Virus record (IMG/VR): IMGVR_UViG_3300047552_000255 | Coordinates: 4,138-68,137 of that record | Reading direction: 5' to 3' (one strand) | Length of the DNA: 64,000 bases | Source: a virus | Part shown: positions 27,056 through 36,714 of the stretch, one piece after another | Layout: each line of letters begins with the position of its first letter | Position numbering within the stretch: position 1 is the stretch's first letter | Translations under genes and position numbers: made by a program | The notes under the pieces: generated by a model | Seen by the model: only the letters and a program-made list of their open reading frames with translations | Told to the model about the DNA's origin: nothing | Databases searched by the model: none

Positions 27056-29241
27056 AGCGAGAGGGCGTCCTCTGTCGCGTTTGGCAGGCGCGTGTTGTAG
27101 TACGTCAGCCTGCGCAGCGGCCCATTCAACTGAAGAAGGCCGGACTCCGAGCAACCAAGGTAGATGCTTGTCGGTGCAGCAGCCGTGTATCCAGTAGCCG
27201 CAACGCTTGCCTGCGCCCCTGCGTAAGAAGACCGAGCCTCAGTCGTGGAATACGCCAACACAGCTTTCTTCACGACACCAGCGGTAATCGCGCCTGTTGT
27301 TAGGTTGGCGTTCACGGTGCCATTGCCGACAACAAAGTTGCCGGGGAGTGAACTCTCTGTCGCCCGCATTGCCAGTCGATTGAGCCCAGTGTCGCTCACG
27401 GAGAAGGCGAGGTTCCTGTTCGAGTTGAAGTAGCTCACCGCGTACTCGACAACAAAAGTACCTGCCGTCCCGTTGAACCAACTGGAGAAGTTGGTGCCGT
27501 TCATCAGCGGAACATCCGCCGCCCGTGTCGCACTTGCAGCGCCAGTCACGATGATCGTGGACGCCGTGGATGCGGCTTCGAGTTGGGCGCAGTCTACGAT
27601 GTAGGTGGCACCGGATACGCGCGTTCCAGAAAGGTTCGCAGATGCACTGCACAGTGCCATCCGACCCAGCGTGAATCCACCGTTTAGCGTCACCGTCAAA
27701 GTGCAGCGATACCATCCGCCGCCCAGCGGTGTCATCGTGTTTGACGCAGCAGTGGCGACACCAAAAACAGTTGCCCCGCCTATCGCGCCTGTTTGGAGAT
27801 TGAACCAGCTATAACCGCCAGCCGCTGCGGTAGAGTCAGCAGCATCCAACCGAACCCACGGGCAGTTGCCGTACTTCAAAACCTGCGACACCGTTATTGT
27901 TCCGCCTGCTGTAAAAGCTGTGGCAGGATTTTGGAAGGTGTACGCCGTGAGAGCAGTCCCCTCAGTCATCAAACACGCCGTATTAGCCACCCCATCCAAG
28001 CCTACTTGCGTTCTCGCAGGGGTAACGTCAGTCTTCGTCCACGCCGCCTGCGTCATGTCACGGCTATGCAGCAGCAGGTTGGTTCTTTGTTCTTCGATCC
28101 ACAGGCCGCTGGGGGTGAAGGTGACTTCTTTGATCGACGCAGCGGCGACGGACTGAGTTGAAGCTACAGCAGCAGCAGCAAACAGGATATTCGACGCGGT
28201 TGTTACCGCAACGAAATACAGCGAACCATTGCCGTTCTGGGCGTTGGATACGGTGGTTAGGATTGTTCCGCCTCCGCCTCCGCCATCCCTTGCGTAAATT
28301 GCCGCAGTGCCAGTTGATAGGCTATACCCCGTCCAATCAACGCGGTACGTCTTACCGGGAACAGTGGCAAGATTCAGGTATACGCGGTTAGAGCTAGCAA
28401 CACCTGTTGATACGAACCCAGAGCCTGAGTTTACTGTTACGTTGTCGTACCCAGCGGGGGTAGTCCATCCGCCATTCGTCACCAACTCCCCACCCGTCAC
28501 ACCCGCTGGCGTTGCAGGGTCGTACATGAACCTCGGGCCGCTGGTGGACGTGCCTTGCGTGGGGCTGTAGGCGTTTGGAGAAGCACTCAACTCAAACTGC
28601 GGTGCAGACACATACAACCCGCTCACACCATCACCAGTGTAGGAAGGCGAAGGAATGCCGGTTGTGTTCGTGTCCGACACTCCAAATGTCGCGCCAAACG
28701 CAGCCCCTGCCTCAGTCAGAGTGATTGAGCAGCGATACCAACCACTGCCAATGCTTGTCATCACCGCACTTGGGGAACCTGCTGTTGCCCCAATAGTCCC
28801 GCCCACCAAGTCGAAGATTGCGCGTCCCGCAAGCGTTGCAGACTCACACAGGTGCAGGTAGCGGCGCTCACCAGCCTTGGCGTAAATGGAAAATGTGTAG
28901 GTTCCGGTCAGTGCAGTGAACGCTCTTCCGGCATTGTGTGCGCCGGTTGTCGCGGATTCAGTCAGCTTGAACGCAGTTCCGATAGGCGAGGCAGAAGCGG
29001 CTGTGACTGTGCAGTTTGTCTTCGCCCAGTATGCGTTTGTCAGGTCATCGCTATTGAGGGCCAAATTCACCCCCATCACCTCCATCAACCCAGACGAGTT
29101 GAACCGCGTTGCCGCAGGCGCTGCGTCTGCTCGTGTGAATGTGATGCGGGGGTCGAGGGTGCCTGTGAGGAAGTCGAGATTAAGCGCGGCATACAGCGCC
29201 TGCGCCACTCCAGTGAGGGGGAAGCCGATGCCGACGTGCAT
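27052..29241 (-). CDS. Head spike/fibre protein with carbohydrate-binding-like domains (729 aa)
   Basis: LDF....ITFTRA, duplicated NL.L.S.D.T..W.KT...GWYRC..T domain, GL.IEEQRTNLL and C-terminal lectin-like domain. Confidence 0.75.
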   Translation of the reverse strand: MHVGIGFPLTGVAQALYAALNLDFLTGTLDPRITFTRADAAPAATRFNSSGLMEVMGVNLALNSDDLTNAYWAKTNCTVTAASASPIGTAFKLTESATTGAHNAGRAFTALTGTYTFSIYAKAGERRYLHLCESATLAGRAIFDLVGGTIGATAGSPSAVMTSIGSGWYRCSITLTEAGAAFGATFGVSDTNTTGIPSPSYTGDGVSGLYVSAPQFELSASPNAYSPTQGTSTSGPRFMYDPATPAGVTGGELVTNGGWTTPAGYDNVTVNSGSGFVSTGVASSNRVYLNLATVPGKTYRVDWTGYSLSTGTAAIYARDGGGGGGTILTTVSNAQNGNGSLYFVAVTTASNILFAAAAVASTQSVAAASIKEVTFTPSGLWIEEQRTNLLLHSRDMTQAAWTKTDVTPARTQVGLDGVANTACLMTEGTALTAYTFQNPATAFTAGGTITVSQVLKYGNCPWVRLDAADSTAAAGGYSWFNLQTGAIGGATVFGVATAASNTMTPLGGGWYRCTLTVTLNGGFTLGRMALCSASANLSGTRVSGATYIVDCAQLEAASTASTIIVTGAASATRAADVPLMNGTNFSSWFNGTAGTFVVEYAVSYFNSNRNLAFSVSDTGLNRLAMRATESSLPGNFVVGNGTVNANLTTGAITAGVVKKAVLAYSTTEARSSYAGAQASVAATGYTAAAPTSIYLGCSESGLLQLNGPLRRLTYYNTRLPNATEDALSL

Positions 29242-29243
29242 GA

Positions 29244-29483
29244 TCAGAACAGTGCGATGATGTTGGACGCTGTGGTGCCGGTCGCCAGCACCCGACGCGA
29301 ACTCACCGGGAGGATGGAGCCCCCGTTGACCGAGGGGAACGATACAGTGACGCCTGCGTTGTTCTGGAGCGCCAGAGTGCCGCCAGTGCCGACGTAGAAC
29401 GCACGGGCCTGTCCGCCGGGCAGGTCAGTGGAGTCGTTGGGGGCGACGGTTGCGAAGTTATACGCGGGATGGGTCATGGGCAT
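29244..29483 (-). CDS. Head spike base protein (RcGTA Rcc01079-like)
   Basis: V.P.DS.DL...RA.YVG.GG.L.......V.F..V..G.ILP....RV.ATGTTA..I.AL; directly before the spike fibre gene. Confidence 0.8.
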   Translation of the reverse strand: MPMTHPAYNFATVAPNDSTDLPGGQARAFYVGTGGTLALQNNAGVTVSFPSVNGGSILPVSSRRVLATGTTASNIIALF

Positions 29484-29493
29484 GGTGTGCTCC

Positions 29494-31638
29494 TTATGCC
29501 GGTTGAGGGCTGAAGTTGTCTGTGATGGGCTGGCCGTCAGCCAGTGTCTGTCCGCTCTGTGGCCCGGCGCTCGCTTGCTGTGCGGGCTGTCCCTCGGGCT
29601 GCTGCATCTGGGAGGCAGCGAGCTGCTTCAAGCGAAGCGCCGAGAGCGAGGGGATCACGTCGTCGGGGTTCATGTTGAGGTTCTTGGCCGACTCGCGCAG
29701 TAGCGCCGCCCGGCCTTCCGGTCCCATGATCTGCATGTCGATGGGGTTGGACGTCATCTGGAGGAACTGCATGCGAGCTTGGTTAGCCGCGTCCTTGACT
29801 TGCAGCGAGAGCGCCCCGCGCGGCACGATGTTGAGGTCGCCCCGGAAGTTGAACTTGGTGTCGTACTGCATCTTCCAGTCGAAGAGGCGCTTCAGGACTG
29901 GCGACGTCACATGGATGTCCAAGCTGGAGACGAGCGACTTGATGACCTTGCTCGCGTTGCCAACCATCATGGACAGGCCTGACGCTGTGCGCCCGGCCCC
30001 CGGCGTGCCCTCGGTGCCCGTCATGTAGCGCGGGATGCCCGAATACTCGTCGGCCATCAGGCTGAACTTGTCGTACACGCCCATCAGCTCGGAGGCGTTG
30101 GAGCCCGGCTGGAAGAACGATATGGGGCTGGCGCTCGAACCCATCGGGTCGTTGTTGAACTGCCAGATTTTCCACGGGTATAGCTCGGTCACGTCCTCGC
30201 CCGGCGCGATGCGGTCCACGTTGACACCCACCTGCGGCCCCGAGCTGATGCCCATGTTGTTAGCCAGCGCCCGCGCGGCACTGTTGCACATGCTCTGGCA
30301 GTCCTCGATGAGGTCGTACAGGCTGTTATGCCAAAACGCTCCGGGGATGCGGCTGTAGCCGTCGGCGTAGTACGGACGACGCGCCAGCGGGTCAGGGTTG
30401 ATCACGGCCTTGATGGCGTACTCGCCAATCTGCCAGACCTCCACCGGGTACTCCTTGGCATCGTCCTTGATGTCCTTCATACCCCACTCGCGCAGCATCT
30501 TGCCCGAGACGTTGCCCCAATACTGGAGCGCGTCGATGAGGTCGTCGCCGCCCATCGCCATGACGCTTGAGCGCCCCTCGGCGTGGTGTTTCTGGATGTC
30601 GATGGCAAGCCACTCGCGCAAGCCCCCTTGGCCGTGGGTGTCGAGCACCGCACGGATGGCATCCTCTGAGTAGCCGTCAACACCGATCAGGGCAGACAGC
30701 TCGCCACGGCTTAGCCGGTGACGCTGGAACAGGAACGCATCCTGCACGTTCTTCGCCCACGGGGCGGGATAAATCATGAACGGATCAACCCGCTCCCACT
30801 TGAGGGTCTTGACCTCCTGCACGTCGGCCTTGCTGGAGCCGTCGGGCTGCTGCACCCACTGCAAGCGAGACTCGATGTTGACCACCGGCCCCTTCATGAA
30901 CGCAGTCTTGAATACCGTGAGGTCGTCCAGAAACTCGCTCAGCGCTTCGAGGTAGTTACCCTCCACCAGCGCGTCTTCGAGCGCGTCCTCGGCCTTGCTG
31001 GACTCGAACCGTGCGGTCTGCATGATCTGGTCTTCGGCCCGGTCGCGTGCGTCGCGCAACAACTGGCGGATGATGGGAACTTCCATCGGCATGCCGCTCA
31101 TCTCGGCTTGCATGACCGTCTGCTGCACCGCCTGCATGATCTGCGTGACGTCTTCTTGCGGCAGGTCTGGCTTGGGTGAGGGAGAGATGGTCCAAGGTTT
31201 CTCAGCGCCCGAGCCGATCATGACGTCGGCCAAGAGCGCCTTGGCCTGCCGCGCCTTGGTAGCGAAGAGCATCATGTAGATGGTGGAGCCGCCGTTGGCG
31301 TTGAGCTTGGCTTCCATCTCGGCGGAGTAGCGCCCGGCCTTGGCGCGGACTGCTTCGAGCATCTTGCGCTCGGGTTCGAGCTTGGCGATCTTGGCAATGC
31401 TCCAGTGCTTCTGCAACTGAGCGACGAGTCCTTGCACCAGCGGCTGGCTGGATTCCTGCATGGCACGCTGCGTCGCAGCGGCTGTGGCGTCCTCGGCCTG
31501 CATAGCGGCCAGAGACTTGACGGGCATGAGCCCACCCAGATTGTTGGGTGTGGGAGCTGCCGGGGCAGCGACGGTTGGACTTTCCTCGGGTTGAGGTGCC
31601 CACGAGAACGATGTCGGAGGGGTCAGACCAAGCGCCAT
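29494..31638 (-). CDS. Portal protein
   Basis: Follows terL; true start MALGLT; VDPF..YP.P, NSAARAL.NN...SSGPQV, DE.SG.P.Y..G and RTASG.SM. Confidence 0.9.
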   Translation of the reverse strand: MALGLTPPTSFSWAPQPEESPTVAAPAAPTPNNLGGLMPVKSLAAMQAEDATAAATQRAMQESSQPLVQGLVAQLQKHWSIAKIAKLEPERKMLEAVRAKAGRYSAEMEAKLNANGGSTIYMMLFATKARQAKALLADVMIGSGAEKPWTISPSPKPDLPQEDVTQIMQAVQQTVMQAEMSGMPMEVPIIRQLLRDARDRAEDQIMQTARFESSKAEDALEDALVEGNYLEALSEFLDDLTVFKTAFMKGPVVNIESRLQWVQQPDGSSKADVQEVKTLKWERVDPFMIYPAPWAKNVQDAFLFQRHRLSRGELSALIGVDGYSEDAIRAVLDTHGQGGLREWLAIDIQKHHAEGRSSVMAMGGDDLIDALQYWGNVSGKMLREWGMKDIKDDAKEYPVEVWQIGEYAIKAVINPDPLARRPYYADGYSRIPGAFWHNSLYDLIEDCQSMCNSAARALANNMGISSGPQVGVNVDRIAPGEDVTELYPWKIWQFNNDPMGSSASPISFFQPGSNASELMGVYDKFSLMADEYSGIPRYMTGTEGTPGAGRTASGLSMMVGNASKVIKSLVSSLDIHVTSPVLKRLFDWKMQYDTKFNFRGDLNIVPRGALSLQVKDAANQARMQFLQMTSNPIDMQIMGPEGRAALLRESAKNLNMNPDDVIPSLSALRLKQLAASQMQQPEGQPAQQASAGPQSGQTLADGQPITDNFSPQPA

Positions 31639-31690
31639 AGTTAGTCCATGAAGTTGGCCGAGTATATAACAGGCTAACCTGTTTGCAAAC

Positions 31691-33124
31691 CTAGCTGTAA
31701 ACGTACGAGCTGCGCTTGGGTGTCTGAGCCGCCCTTCGTCCCATGTTGGGGCCGCCGTGGTGGATGATGTTGTAGTGCAGCGCCAGATACTGCGCCGCGT
31801 CCGAAATGTGGCTGTGGTGGCTCTTGTCGGGGGTGAGCGTCGTCTGACCGCTGGCTGACTTCTTGTACCGGTAGCCCCACTCACAGGCCTCGATGAAGTA
31901 CGGGCACTCGGGGTCGATCAAAAAGGCAGGTCCACCGTCGATTTGGCGTGAAAACAGGCCCTCAACAGCGTCAATTCGCCTCTCCGGGTCGTTTGTGGAG
32001 GCCTTTACGACCCTGAAACCCCGGTTCTGGATGGCCTGCGCGATGGTCATTTCGTTGACCTGAGAGCGCTGAAAACAGGCCGGATCGACCACAAAAACGA
32101 TACTTTCGGGCCGAATTTGGGGAAATTTGCTCCGCAGCAGGGGTATTAGGAGCCTGTCGAGGTAGCTCTCCACCCCCATCGTCTGCTCCTCTGGCACGTA
32201 GCACTCGGCCAGCACGTTGACCCGCCCGCGCATATCGAGCTGCCCCACCACAGCCGCAGCTTGCAGCCCGTTGTCCATGCCCACAATCAGCGGATTCACG
32301 CTTGCCGAGACGGCCTTGAGCGGGTCTTTTGCTACGTGGAAGTCGCGCCTGAAGCTCGCTTTGTACACCGGCTGGCCCATGTTGCCCGGCCCGAAGTTGT
32401 TCTTGAGGTAGACGTCGATCCACCCCTCGGTGTTCGCAGCCAGTAGGTTGTCGTAGTAGTCGGCAGCGAGGTTGGACAGGTTTTCCGCGTCGGGGTTGAT
32501 GGAGCCGTCTGCGAGGATGGCGCTTGGCTGGATAAACACCTCGGTGTTCGTGGGCGGCTTGGTGATCAACTCGTGCCAGAAGCCCCCAAGAGGCGGCGGG
32601 TTGGTCGAGCAGATGACTCCGGGGTAGGTAACCCCGCCGGACGCCATATTAGGGAAGCGGGCTGTACGGCCTTGGAGACCAGCGAACACCTCGGGGTCCA
32701 CCTCACGGGACTCCTCCACCCAAGCGGCTGAGCACTCCACAGAGAGCAGGCGTCGCACGTCATCTGGCGTGTCTGCGGCCATCAGGACGAACTCAGTGTG
32801 CACGACGGTCCCATCAGGAATGCGCACCTTGATCTCAAACGTGTTGTCGGTCAGCCTCCACTGCCCCATCGGGTGGGGCGGCATCGTAACCATCCACTGG
32901 TCAATGAGGGGCTTGACGGTTGCCTTCAACTGAGCGGCAGTGTTGCGCAGCACGATGAACTTGGTGCGCCGGATGTTGTTGTGCGGCACCTGATTGAATG
33001 CGCGGTCGAGCAGGTCAAAGAACGCCACCGTGGACTTGCCCCCACCCACCGGGCCCATGATGATCTTGATGAACTTGCGGCTGGCAAGGAACAGGTTGCC
33101 CGTGGGGCTTGCGTTGTAGTTCAT
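31691..33124 (-). CDS. terL: Terminase large subunit
   Basis: Walker A IMGPVGGGKST, Walker B AWVEE, coupling motif STNPP, and RNase H-like IVGMD and SH..DA.QY. Confidence 0.93.
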   Translation of the reverse strand: MNYNASPTGNLFLASRKFIKIIMGPVGGGKSTVAFFDLLDRAFNQVPHNNIRRTKFIVLRNTAAQLKATVKPLIDQWMVTMPPHPMGQWRLTDNTFEIKVRIPDGTVVHTEFVLMAADTPDDVRRLLSVECSAAWVEESREVDPEVFAGLQGRTARFPNMASGGVTYPGVICSTNPPPLGGFWHELITKPPTNTEVFIQPSAILADGSINPDAENLSNLAADYYDNLLAANTEGWIDVYLKNNFGPGNMGQPVYKASFRRDFHVAKDPLKAVSASVNPLIVGMDNGLQAAAVVGQLDMRGRVNVLAECYVPEEQTMGVESYLDRLLIPLLRSKFPQIRPESIVFVVDPACFQRSQVNEMTIAQAIQNRGFRVVKASTNDPERRIDAVEGLFSRQIDGGPAFLIDPECPYFIEACEWGYRYKKSASGQTTLTPDKSHHSHISDAAQYLALHYNIIHHGGPNMGRRAAQTPKRSSYVYS

Positions 33125-33501
33125 GCTTGGTCCAGCAGGTTCTCGAGTGGCGGAATGACCAGAGCGGGGGTGGTGGGAGCAGGTGGCTCATCTGGTGAGC
33201 CAGTGACCTCTTTGATGGTCGCATCTTCGATAACTTCGGTCGCTTCTGGCGCAGCGCTGGGGTTGGTCACGCCGATGGTGACGTTGCCTCCGTTGATGGT
33301 CCAGCTCACCTGCATCATGGAGTCCACCTTGTCGGACTGATTGAGACCGTGCGCCTTGGCAACCAGCTCGACCGCTTTGCGCAGGTCGTCGATGCTGGCT
33401 TCGGCTTCGTTGCCCAGCCGCTTGAAATACTCGACGATGACCTGATCGCCACCGTCCTCCAAGTTCTTTTTGAACCGGTCTCGTGCTGTTTGAGTGCTCA
33501 T
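33121..33501 (-). CDS. Probable terminase small subunit
   Basis: Overlaps the terL start; helical N-terminus and acidic tail; start MSTQTA. Confidence 0.6.
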   Translation of the reverse strand: MSTQTARDRFKKNLEDGGDQVIVEYFKRLGNEAEASIDDLRKAVELVAKAHGLNQSDKVDSMMQVSWTINGGNVTIGVTNPSAAPEATEVIEDATIKEVTGSPDEPPAPTTPALVIPPLENLLDQA

Positions 33502-33704
33502 GCCCCATAGGATAACGCAACTAACACCTCCGGGCAACGCACTCCTTGCTAACCAGATGCCGCCTCGTGGGGTTAGCTAGCTAGGTGTCATTTACTTAAC
33601 AGGGGCTCAAAAACTGATTTCCACTGAGAGCCAGAGATAAGGCTCGGGGGCGGGGCCAGCCGCCCTTGTCCCACCCCCCGGCAGGCCGGATTTTCAACAA
33701 AAAG

Positions 33705-34280
33705 CGAGTGGTGTAGCGAGGCTGAAAGATAGCACTGCCAGACCTACCGAACGTTGCAACGCAAGCCGAAAGGTGGCGATACGGAAGATGTGCAACGTGG
33801 GCCGATTGATTAGTCGCGGGCTGGAGGAGCCGGGCGGTCATAGGGCACCCGCCCTTCAGTGTGGCGGGTAGGGGCTTGACGCTGGTGGCAGTGCGGGCTC
33901 GCAGGGCGCGGAGTGAATCGGTGGAACGGCTGGCAACAGCAAGTGTACTGAATGCACGAAACGAACCGATGGTCGCAAGGCTTGAATCGGGGAGGGTTAG
34001 CGTCTGGCGGGCAACATACGCGGGTTCATCAGTGAAAAGCGGTCGATAGCGCATCAAGCCCCCGAACCAAAAGCATATAGCGGCGCATGGCGCTGCAAGG
34101 GTCTATCGAACGGCATAGCGTGAACTATGCAGGCGCCGCAGGGGGCGCCAGTAATACCCTGATTGAAGCACGGCAAAGCCCGCGACGCTGGCGCGGTAAT
34201 ACCAGCACTTACACAAATCTGACTACGTCAGTTCCTGTTCACTCTACGCGGTGGGCAGTGGCGGACGGTGTCCGGCAACC
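33705..34280 (+). ncRNA. Candidate large structured non-coding RNA (about 570 nt, family unknown)
   Basis: More than 15 complementary stems found by eye, GNRA loops, G-U pairs on the + strand and a long-range pseudoknot pairing (see findings). Confidence 0.6.
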
Positions 34281-34302
34281 CTCAACAACCAAGGAGAATC
34301 GT

Positions 34303-34779
34303 ATGTTTACATTGGAACAATTCAACACCATCATCGCTAACATTGCCCGCGCTCAAGCCCGCGCCACGACCGAAATCGGCAAGGCTCTGCTGGCCGCGCT
34401 GTACTTCGCTAACGTGAACAAGGATGCTGGCGCAGCTAACGCACTGGTGAAGTGCCTGCGCAAGTCCACCAAGCAGCAGGCAATCCTCGACCTGCTGGAA
34501 AAGCACGGCAAGCTGGCTTGGATCAAGGCTGACAAGAAGTTCGAGTTCTTCGATGCCAAGACCCCGGACTGGAACGCTGAGACCGTGAAGACCCTGCGCG
34601 AGGTGTGCAACAACTGGGAATCCTTCAAGCTGGAAAAGGCTGCGGTCGAAGAGTTCGACCTGATGGAAGCAATCCGCAAGCAGCTCGACCGCGCCGAGTC
34701 TTACAGCAAGAAGGGCGTGAAGGTCAGCCACGCTGAGCTGGCCGAGAAGATCGCAGCTCTGCTGGGTGCAACTGCCTGA
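34303..34779 (+). CDS. First early protein (158 aa), unknown function
   Basis: AAGGAG RBS, start MFTLEQ, strongly biased codons, followed by a hairpin. Confidence 0.85.
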   Translation: MFTLEQFNTIIANIARAQARATTEIGKALLAALYFANVNKDAGAANALVKCLRKSTKQQAILDLLEKHGKLAWIKADKKFEFFDAKTPDWNAETVKTLREVCNNWESFKLEKAAVEEFDLMEAIRKQLDRAESYSKKGVKVSHAELAEKIAALLGATA

Positions 34780-34793
34780 ACGGGCGGGGTGCA

Positions 34794-34810
34794 GGGGGCG
34801 CAAGCCCCCC
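34794..34810 (+). terminator. GC-rich hairpin after the first early gene
   Basis: GGGGGC-GCAA-GCCCCC; no U-tract, so termination is uncertain. Confidence 0.45.
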
Positions 34811-34859
34811 TCATCGGTATGTGGGTTCACTGCATACCAATGGGTGAAGTGATAAATGT

Positions 34860-35215
34860 GCAAGTGTCAAGAGTATGGGGCAGTCAACTGTCAAGAGAAG
34901 AAAACCTGACTCCCTTCTACTCTTGATTGTTTTGATTCTCCAGATTCATATAACACCCTCCGGCGATGAGATACACGAGCCGAGTGTTATTTTCTGGTGG
35001 ACTGCACCCCGCTGCACTTTTCTACTCTTGATAGTTCCTCTCTCCCAAAAGGGGTGTAATAAGAATCAAGAGAATCAGAGAAGAACCCCAACTGTCAATG
35101 TAAGGAATCAAGAGAACAACTGTCAAGGGTAGGAATTTTATACCCCTGATTACATTGACTGTTGACGTGTTAGTCTGTTAGCCTAAGCCCCCTTTCCAAC
35201 TGTCAATCTAAGGAA
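34860..35215. repeat. AT-rich iteron-like repeat cluster (candidate replication origin or control region)
   Basis: CAACTGTCAA x4 (34885, 35089, 35117, 35197), TCAAGAG in four direct copies and two inverted CTACTCTTGA copies (34917, 35022). Confidence 0.65.
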
Positions 35216-35222
35216 CCCCATC

Positions 35223-36241
35223 ATGATGCAGTTTTCCCTGTACCTAGCCGCACTCGGTTACCAGTTCGCCGCAGCCACTCTGATAAAAATGGCAATCGAC
35301 TACGTCGAGGTTGGCTATGGTCTCAACCCGTGGATTGCCCTGCCCTTGGCAGTAGTTGCGGGTGCCGCATCCCTGTTCACCGTGTACCACTCAACCCAAC
35401 TGGAGGACTGACATGCCCGGAATCCAACTGCCCCTGCCCCTTGTGTACAACCTGCCCTACGTGGGCGACGACACCGGGTGCCACATCTGGGACTTCGATG
35501 CTGCCGAGCCCGATGACTTCGCCGACTTCGTGGAGGTAGTGTGACCACGACTACTAGGAGGCCACTACTAGGCGAACGTGCGGCCCACGAGTTGCAAGAC
35601 GCAACCGATGTGGCCTACCACAACCACGTCAAGACGTGCGCACTGCAACTGCGCTGCATGCCACTGGGCAAGCAAGTGTTTGCCAGACTGCGCGATGCAG
35701 TCTACGGCCCAAGGCAGCACAGCCACCACACCACGATAGTGGTGCGCACAGAACCCGACCAACGAATGCGTGTCAACCTGTTAACAGGTGAGACAATGCG
35801 CGCCCACTAACCACAGGAGCCCCCGTCATGATGAGCCCCGACGATTTCACCCGCAACCTGCGCCGCGAGATTGGCAAGCACCTGACCCAGTCCGAGACGC
35901 TGCGCCTGCTCAACAAATGGGAGGAGCGGCACCAGTGGCTTGCCACTGCCCGAGCACGCCGCGAGTCCAGACAGGACTGGTTGCGCCAGTTGCGCGACGA
36001 CCAAGAGGACGGCCAGATTGCGCTCATCGTGTGGCAACGCGACTGCGACATGTGCGAGGGCACGAGCAGGTACGTCCTGCCAGCCGATGCCAAGACGCTG
36101 GACGCGTTCATTGACGGCATCTTTGCTAGCGCCGAGGGGCCGGTGCGCTACCACATTGACAAGCCCAGTGCGTACTTCGAGTCCGAGTTCAGAGACCGGG
36201 CGTTCGAGGCCTATGAAGATGGGCACCCGCACTGCATCTAA
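35223..36241 (+). CDS. Cluster of small early genes (35223..35411 membrane protein; 35413..35544; 35541..35810; 35828..36241)
   Basis: Co-oriented ORFs with RBSs or overlaps; the last has an RDCD.C...DRA.EAYEDGHPH motif. Confidence 0.65.
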
Positions 36242-36483
36242 TACGAGAGCATCCGGCGCTCATGGTTAGCCGTAGGGCTCCAGTGTGGCGAACAACCCCC
36301 ACTGGTTAGTAGCTGGCCCTTGAAGACCCCACTGGTCAGGTTAGTAAAGCCCTACGGGGCCCAATGCGGGGGATGAACTCCGCGCCTGCGTGTGTATCCA
36401 CGAAACCGAACCCGACCTGCCCGCGTAACAGGCACGTACACCGGGGGCGCGTTAGCCCCTGTCTTTTTTCTCAGGAGAACATC

Positions 36484-36714
36484 ATGGGATATTTCAGCGA
36501 CCTCGATGCCCATCATCAGGACTGGATCAACACATACTTGCTCGACGCAAGCGACGCCGAGGAGTTCGAGTTCGATGTTGAGTGGCTCATCCACTGCAAC
36601 ACGGCACGCATCGAGGGCTTCACCCCACTGACACGCGAGCAGTTCTACGCGGCGGCTCGGGCCGCGCTTGCCAAGATTGATGCGCTATTCCCCACAATGC
36701 GGGCAGCGACCTGA
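36484..36714 (+). CDS. Hypothetical early protein (76 aa)
   Basis: AGGAG RBS; start MGYFSDL. Confidence 0.7.
   Translation: MGYFSDLDAHHQDWINTYLLDASDAEEFEFDVEWLIHCNTARIEGFTPLTREQFYAAARAALAKIDALFPTMRAAT

Noticed and set aside
34020-34040. Hammerhead-like CTGATGA on the minus strand
   Set aside because: No stem II plus GAAA or flanking stems could be built, and the strand conflicts with the GNRA/G-U evidence.
33596-34302. ORFs 33596..34057 (-), 33861..34049 (+) and the 5' extension 34087..34302
   Set aside because: No RBS, atypical composition and overlap with the dense stem region. The real gene starts at 34303 after AAGGAG.
34875-35132. 85-aa ORF
   Set aside because: Lies within the repeat cluster and has no RBS; its sequence is explained by the DNA repeats.
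36262-36357. Pistol ribozyme resemblance (TAGGGC / AAGCCCTA)
   Set aside because: The enclosing P1 hairpin and other conserved elements were not found. Kept only as a generic structured element.
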